Below are positions 13,727 through 15,775 of a stretch of 15,775 bases of DNA, piece after piece (positions within the stretch are counted from its first letter, which is position 1; each line of letters starts with the position of its first letter). Origin of the DNA: Gemmatimonadota bacterium (lineage in GTDB: Bacteria; Gemmatimonadota; Gemmatimonadetes; Palauibacterales; Palauibacteraceae); NCBI GenBank assembly GCA_046758745.1, contig JBHIAV010000057.1, positions 1 through 15,775 on the forward strand. The letters run 5' to 3'. The notes below the pieces were generated by a model. It saw nothing but the letters and a program-made list of their open reading frames with translations, did not search any database and was not told the DNA's origin. The position numbers and the translations under genes are program-made.

Positions 13727-14770
13727 TCAGGCGGGCCCGCCACGGTCCTCCGGCCGCGCGGAGAGAGCCGCCCCACCGCGAAACTTGTTGAACGTCACGA
13801 AGAGGTAGGCGAAGGCGGGAACGATCAGCGCCCCGCCGGCCACCAGGGCGATCGCCACGAGGCGGAGGGTGCGCTCCGGGGCGGCGGCCCCGGCGATGGT
13901 GAGGTCGGGCACCACCAGGTACGGGTACTGCGAGACGAGCCACCCCCACAGGATGAGGGAGGCCTGCGCGATCGCCAGCACCCGCGCGGCGTGGAAGCGC
14001 CGCACCAGGAGGGCCCAGATCGCCCCCAGCGCCGCCGCGCCGGTCGCCGCGTGGAAGACGAGGGCTCGAGGATCCGTCACGAGCGTCTCCCACACGCGGG
14101 GCGCGCCGCTCCGGCTCACCATCACGGCGAGGCCGGCGATCGCCCCCGTCGCCAGGGCGGCGAGGAGGGCCCTCCGGCGAAAATCCTCGCGCAGCTTCGG
14201 ATCCTCCGCCTCGCAGGTCAGATAGACCGCGGCGAGGAGGCTGAACAGGGCGAGCGTGTAGGCCCCGACGGCGAAGGGGAACGGGGCGAGCCACGAGCCC
14301 ACGAACCCGAGCTCCGGCACACCGCCGACGAGGCGCACCCGTCCGGCGGCCAGGGCGCCCACGCACATCCCGAGCACCACGGGCGTCACGGTGCTGGCTA
14401 CCGCGAAGACGCGCCCCCACCGGCGCTGCTCCCGGCTTCCCACCGCGCCGTAGCTCCGGAACGCGAAGGAGGAGCCCCTGAGCACGATCCCGATGAGCGC
14501 GACGGTCATCGGGATGTGAAGCACGATCATGTAGGTGGAGAAGGCCGGCGGGAACGCGGTGAAGAGCAACACGATGACCAGGATGAGCCACACGTGGTTC
14601 GCCTCCCAGATCGGGCCGATCGCCCGCTCGATGAGGGAGCTGTGGGCATCCCGGCGCGGACCGGTGGCGAACAGGTCCCACACGCCGCCGCCGAAGTCGG
14701 CCCCCCCGAGCAGCAGGTACAGGTTGAGGGCCACTCCCATGGCCAGGGCGAGGAGAAGGGAGAGCTCCAT
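13727..14770 (-). CDS. cydB: Cytochrome bd ubiquinol oxidase subunit II
   Basis: LYLLLGGADFGGGVW, IGPIWEANHVWLI, FTAFPPAF, IVLRGSSFAFR, QYPYLVVPDLTI; 347 aa, polytopic. Confidence 0.97.
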   Translation of the reverse strand: MELSLLLALAMGVALNLYLLLGGADFGGGVWDLFATGPRRDAHSSLIERAIGPIWEANHVWLILVIVLLFTAFPPAFSTYMIVLHIPMTVALIGIVLRGSSFAFRSYGAVGSREQRRWGRVFAVASTVTPVVLGMCVGALAAGRVRLVGGVPELGFVGSWLAPFPFAVGAYTLALFSLLAAVYLTCEAEDPKLREDFRRRALLAALATGAIAGLAVMVSRSGAPRVWETLVTDPRALVFHAATGAAALGAIWALLVRRFHAARVLAIAQASLILWGWLVSQYPYLVVPDLTIAGAAAPERTLRLVAIALVAGGALIVPAFAYLFVTFNKFRGGAALSARPEDRGGPA

Positions 14771-15031
14771 CGTCGGACCTCAGCCCGCCGCGTTCCGTCG
14801 CGGCGCGGTCACGGGAGCTGCGTCAGCGGAGGGCGTGGCTTCACGCGCGAAAGATCGGGAGACGGCCCGGGCTCCAGCAAGTGGCGACCATCGCGGCTGC
14901 TTCGCCGTATCTTACGAGGCGCCGGCGATTAGCCTATGTTGGTGCGGGTCCCAGCGGCCGGATCGGGCCCTGCGGAGACGTGGTGGAAGGCGAGGTGGAG
15001 GCGATGCTCACCCCGGCGCGGAGGCTCTCGC

Positions 15032-15760
15032 ATGGGCAGAGTACTGGCCTTGCTCTACGGCATCGTGGCGTACGTCATCTTCCTGGTGACCTTCCTGTAC
15101 GCCATCGGGTTCGTCGGGAATCTGGCGGTGCCCAAGTCGATCGACGGCGCCCCGATCGAGTCCACCGGGACCGCGATCCTCCTCAATGCACTGCTCCTTG
15201 GGCTCTTCGCGGTTCAGCACAGCGTGATGGCGCGGCAGTGGTTCAAGAGAGGCTGGACGCGGGTCGTCCCGAAACCGGTGGAGCGGAGCACCTATGTTCT
15301 GATCGCGAGCCTCATCCTGGCGCTGGTCTTCTGGCAGTGGCGGCCGATCCCACAGACGGTGTGGCGCGTGGATGGCGCCGTCGGGACGACGGTCCTCAGC
15401 GCCCTGTTCTGGCTCGGATGGGCGATCGTGCTGCTCTCGACCTTCTGGATCGACCACTTCGATCTCTTCGGCCTGCGTCAGGTGTACTTGCACTGGCGGG
15501 GCCGTGAGCACGAGCCCGTGCCCTTCCAGCAGCCGGCGCTGTACAAGGTGGTGCGCCACCCGCTCTACCTGGGCTTCATCCTGGCCTTCTGGTCTACGCC
15601 CCACATGACGGGCGGGCACCTGCTCTTCGCCGTCGCCACCACGGGCTACATGCTGCTCGCTATCCAGTTCGAGGAACGAGACTTGATCGCCGCGTACGGC
15701 GACGCATACAGGGAGTACCGGCGCAGGGTGCGGATGCTCATCCCGCTGGGGAGGAAGTAG
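15032..15760 (+). CDS. mddA: Methanethiol S-methyltransferase (MddA; ICMT/NnrU-like membrane methyltransferase)
   Basis: [84 protein letters not shown] at 15020-15024; 242 aa. Confidence 0.85.
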   Translation: MGRVLALLYGIVAYVIFLVTFLYAIGFVGNLAVPKSIDGAPIESTGTAILLNALLLGLFAVQHSVMARQWFKRGWTRVVPKPVERSTYVLIASLILALVFWQWRPIPQTVWRVDGAVGTTVLSALFWLGWAIVLLSTFWIDHFDLFGLRQVYLHWRGREHEPVPFQQPALYKVVRHPLYLGFILAFWSTPHMTGGHLLFAVATTGYMLLAIQFEERDLIAAYGDAYREYRRRVRMLIPLGRK

Positions 15761-15775
15761 GGAGAGGGACCGCTC

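Noticed and set aside
12218-14932. 904-aa plus-strand ORF
   Set aside because: Antisense shadow of cydA/cydB with no recognisable motifs; expected in high-GC DNA.
14771-15031. FNR/Rex box in the cydB-mddA divergent region
   Set aside because: No TTGAT-N4-ATCAA or TTGTGAA-N4-TTCACAA match; only a short GC-rich GCGTG-N4-CACGC (14833-14846) that is likely chance.

Overview
High-GC bacterial DNA (roughly 70% GC by eye; the membrane-anchored SIAVLPF/TPR protein and gene style are suggestive of Gemmatimonadota, which is inference only). The first ~12 kb are a toxin-antitoxin (TA) 'archipelago'. It holds five recognisable type II PIN-toxin modules with four antitoxin classes (Phd x2, RHH-DUF433, Rv0623-like VapB, AbrB). 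A sixth candidate pair consists of a 70-aa unknown protein translationally coupled to a MenT1/DUF6036-like nucleotidyltransferase. There are also a Uma2 endonuclease gene and decayed HNH and DUF4160 remnants. These modules sit between ordinary genes: FBP aldolase/phosphatase, a ComEC-type MBL lipoprotein with DUF3006, and a TPR protein. The right end carries cytochrome bd oxidase in inverted order (cydB before cydA, separated by a 3-copy tandem repeat), divergent from an mddA-like methanethiol S-methyltransferase. The best candidates for something new are (i) the 70-aa/NTase pair and (ii) a 29-bp duplication at a vapB/vapC junction. That duplication creates a 10-codon mini-ORF copying the antitoxin C-terminus and preserves GTGA coupling at both ends. 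No RNA genes, CRISPR array, integrase or transposase were seen. All family calls come from motif recognition, not database searches.
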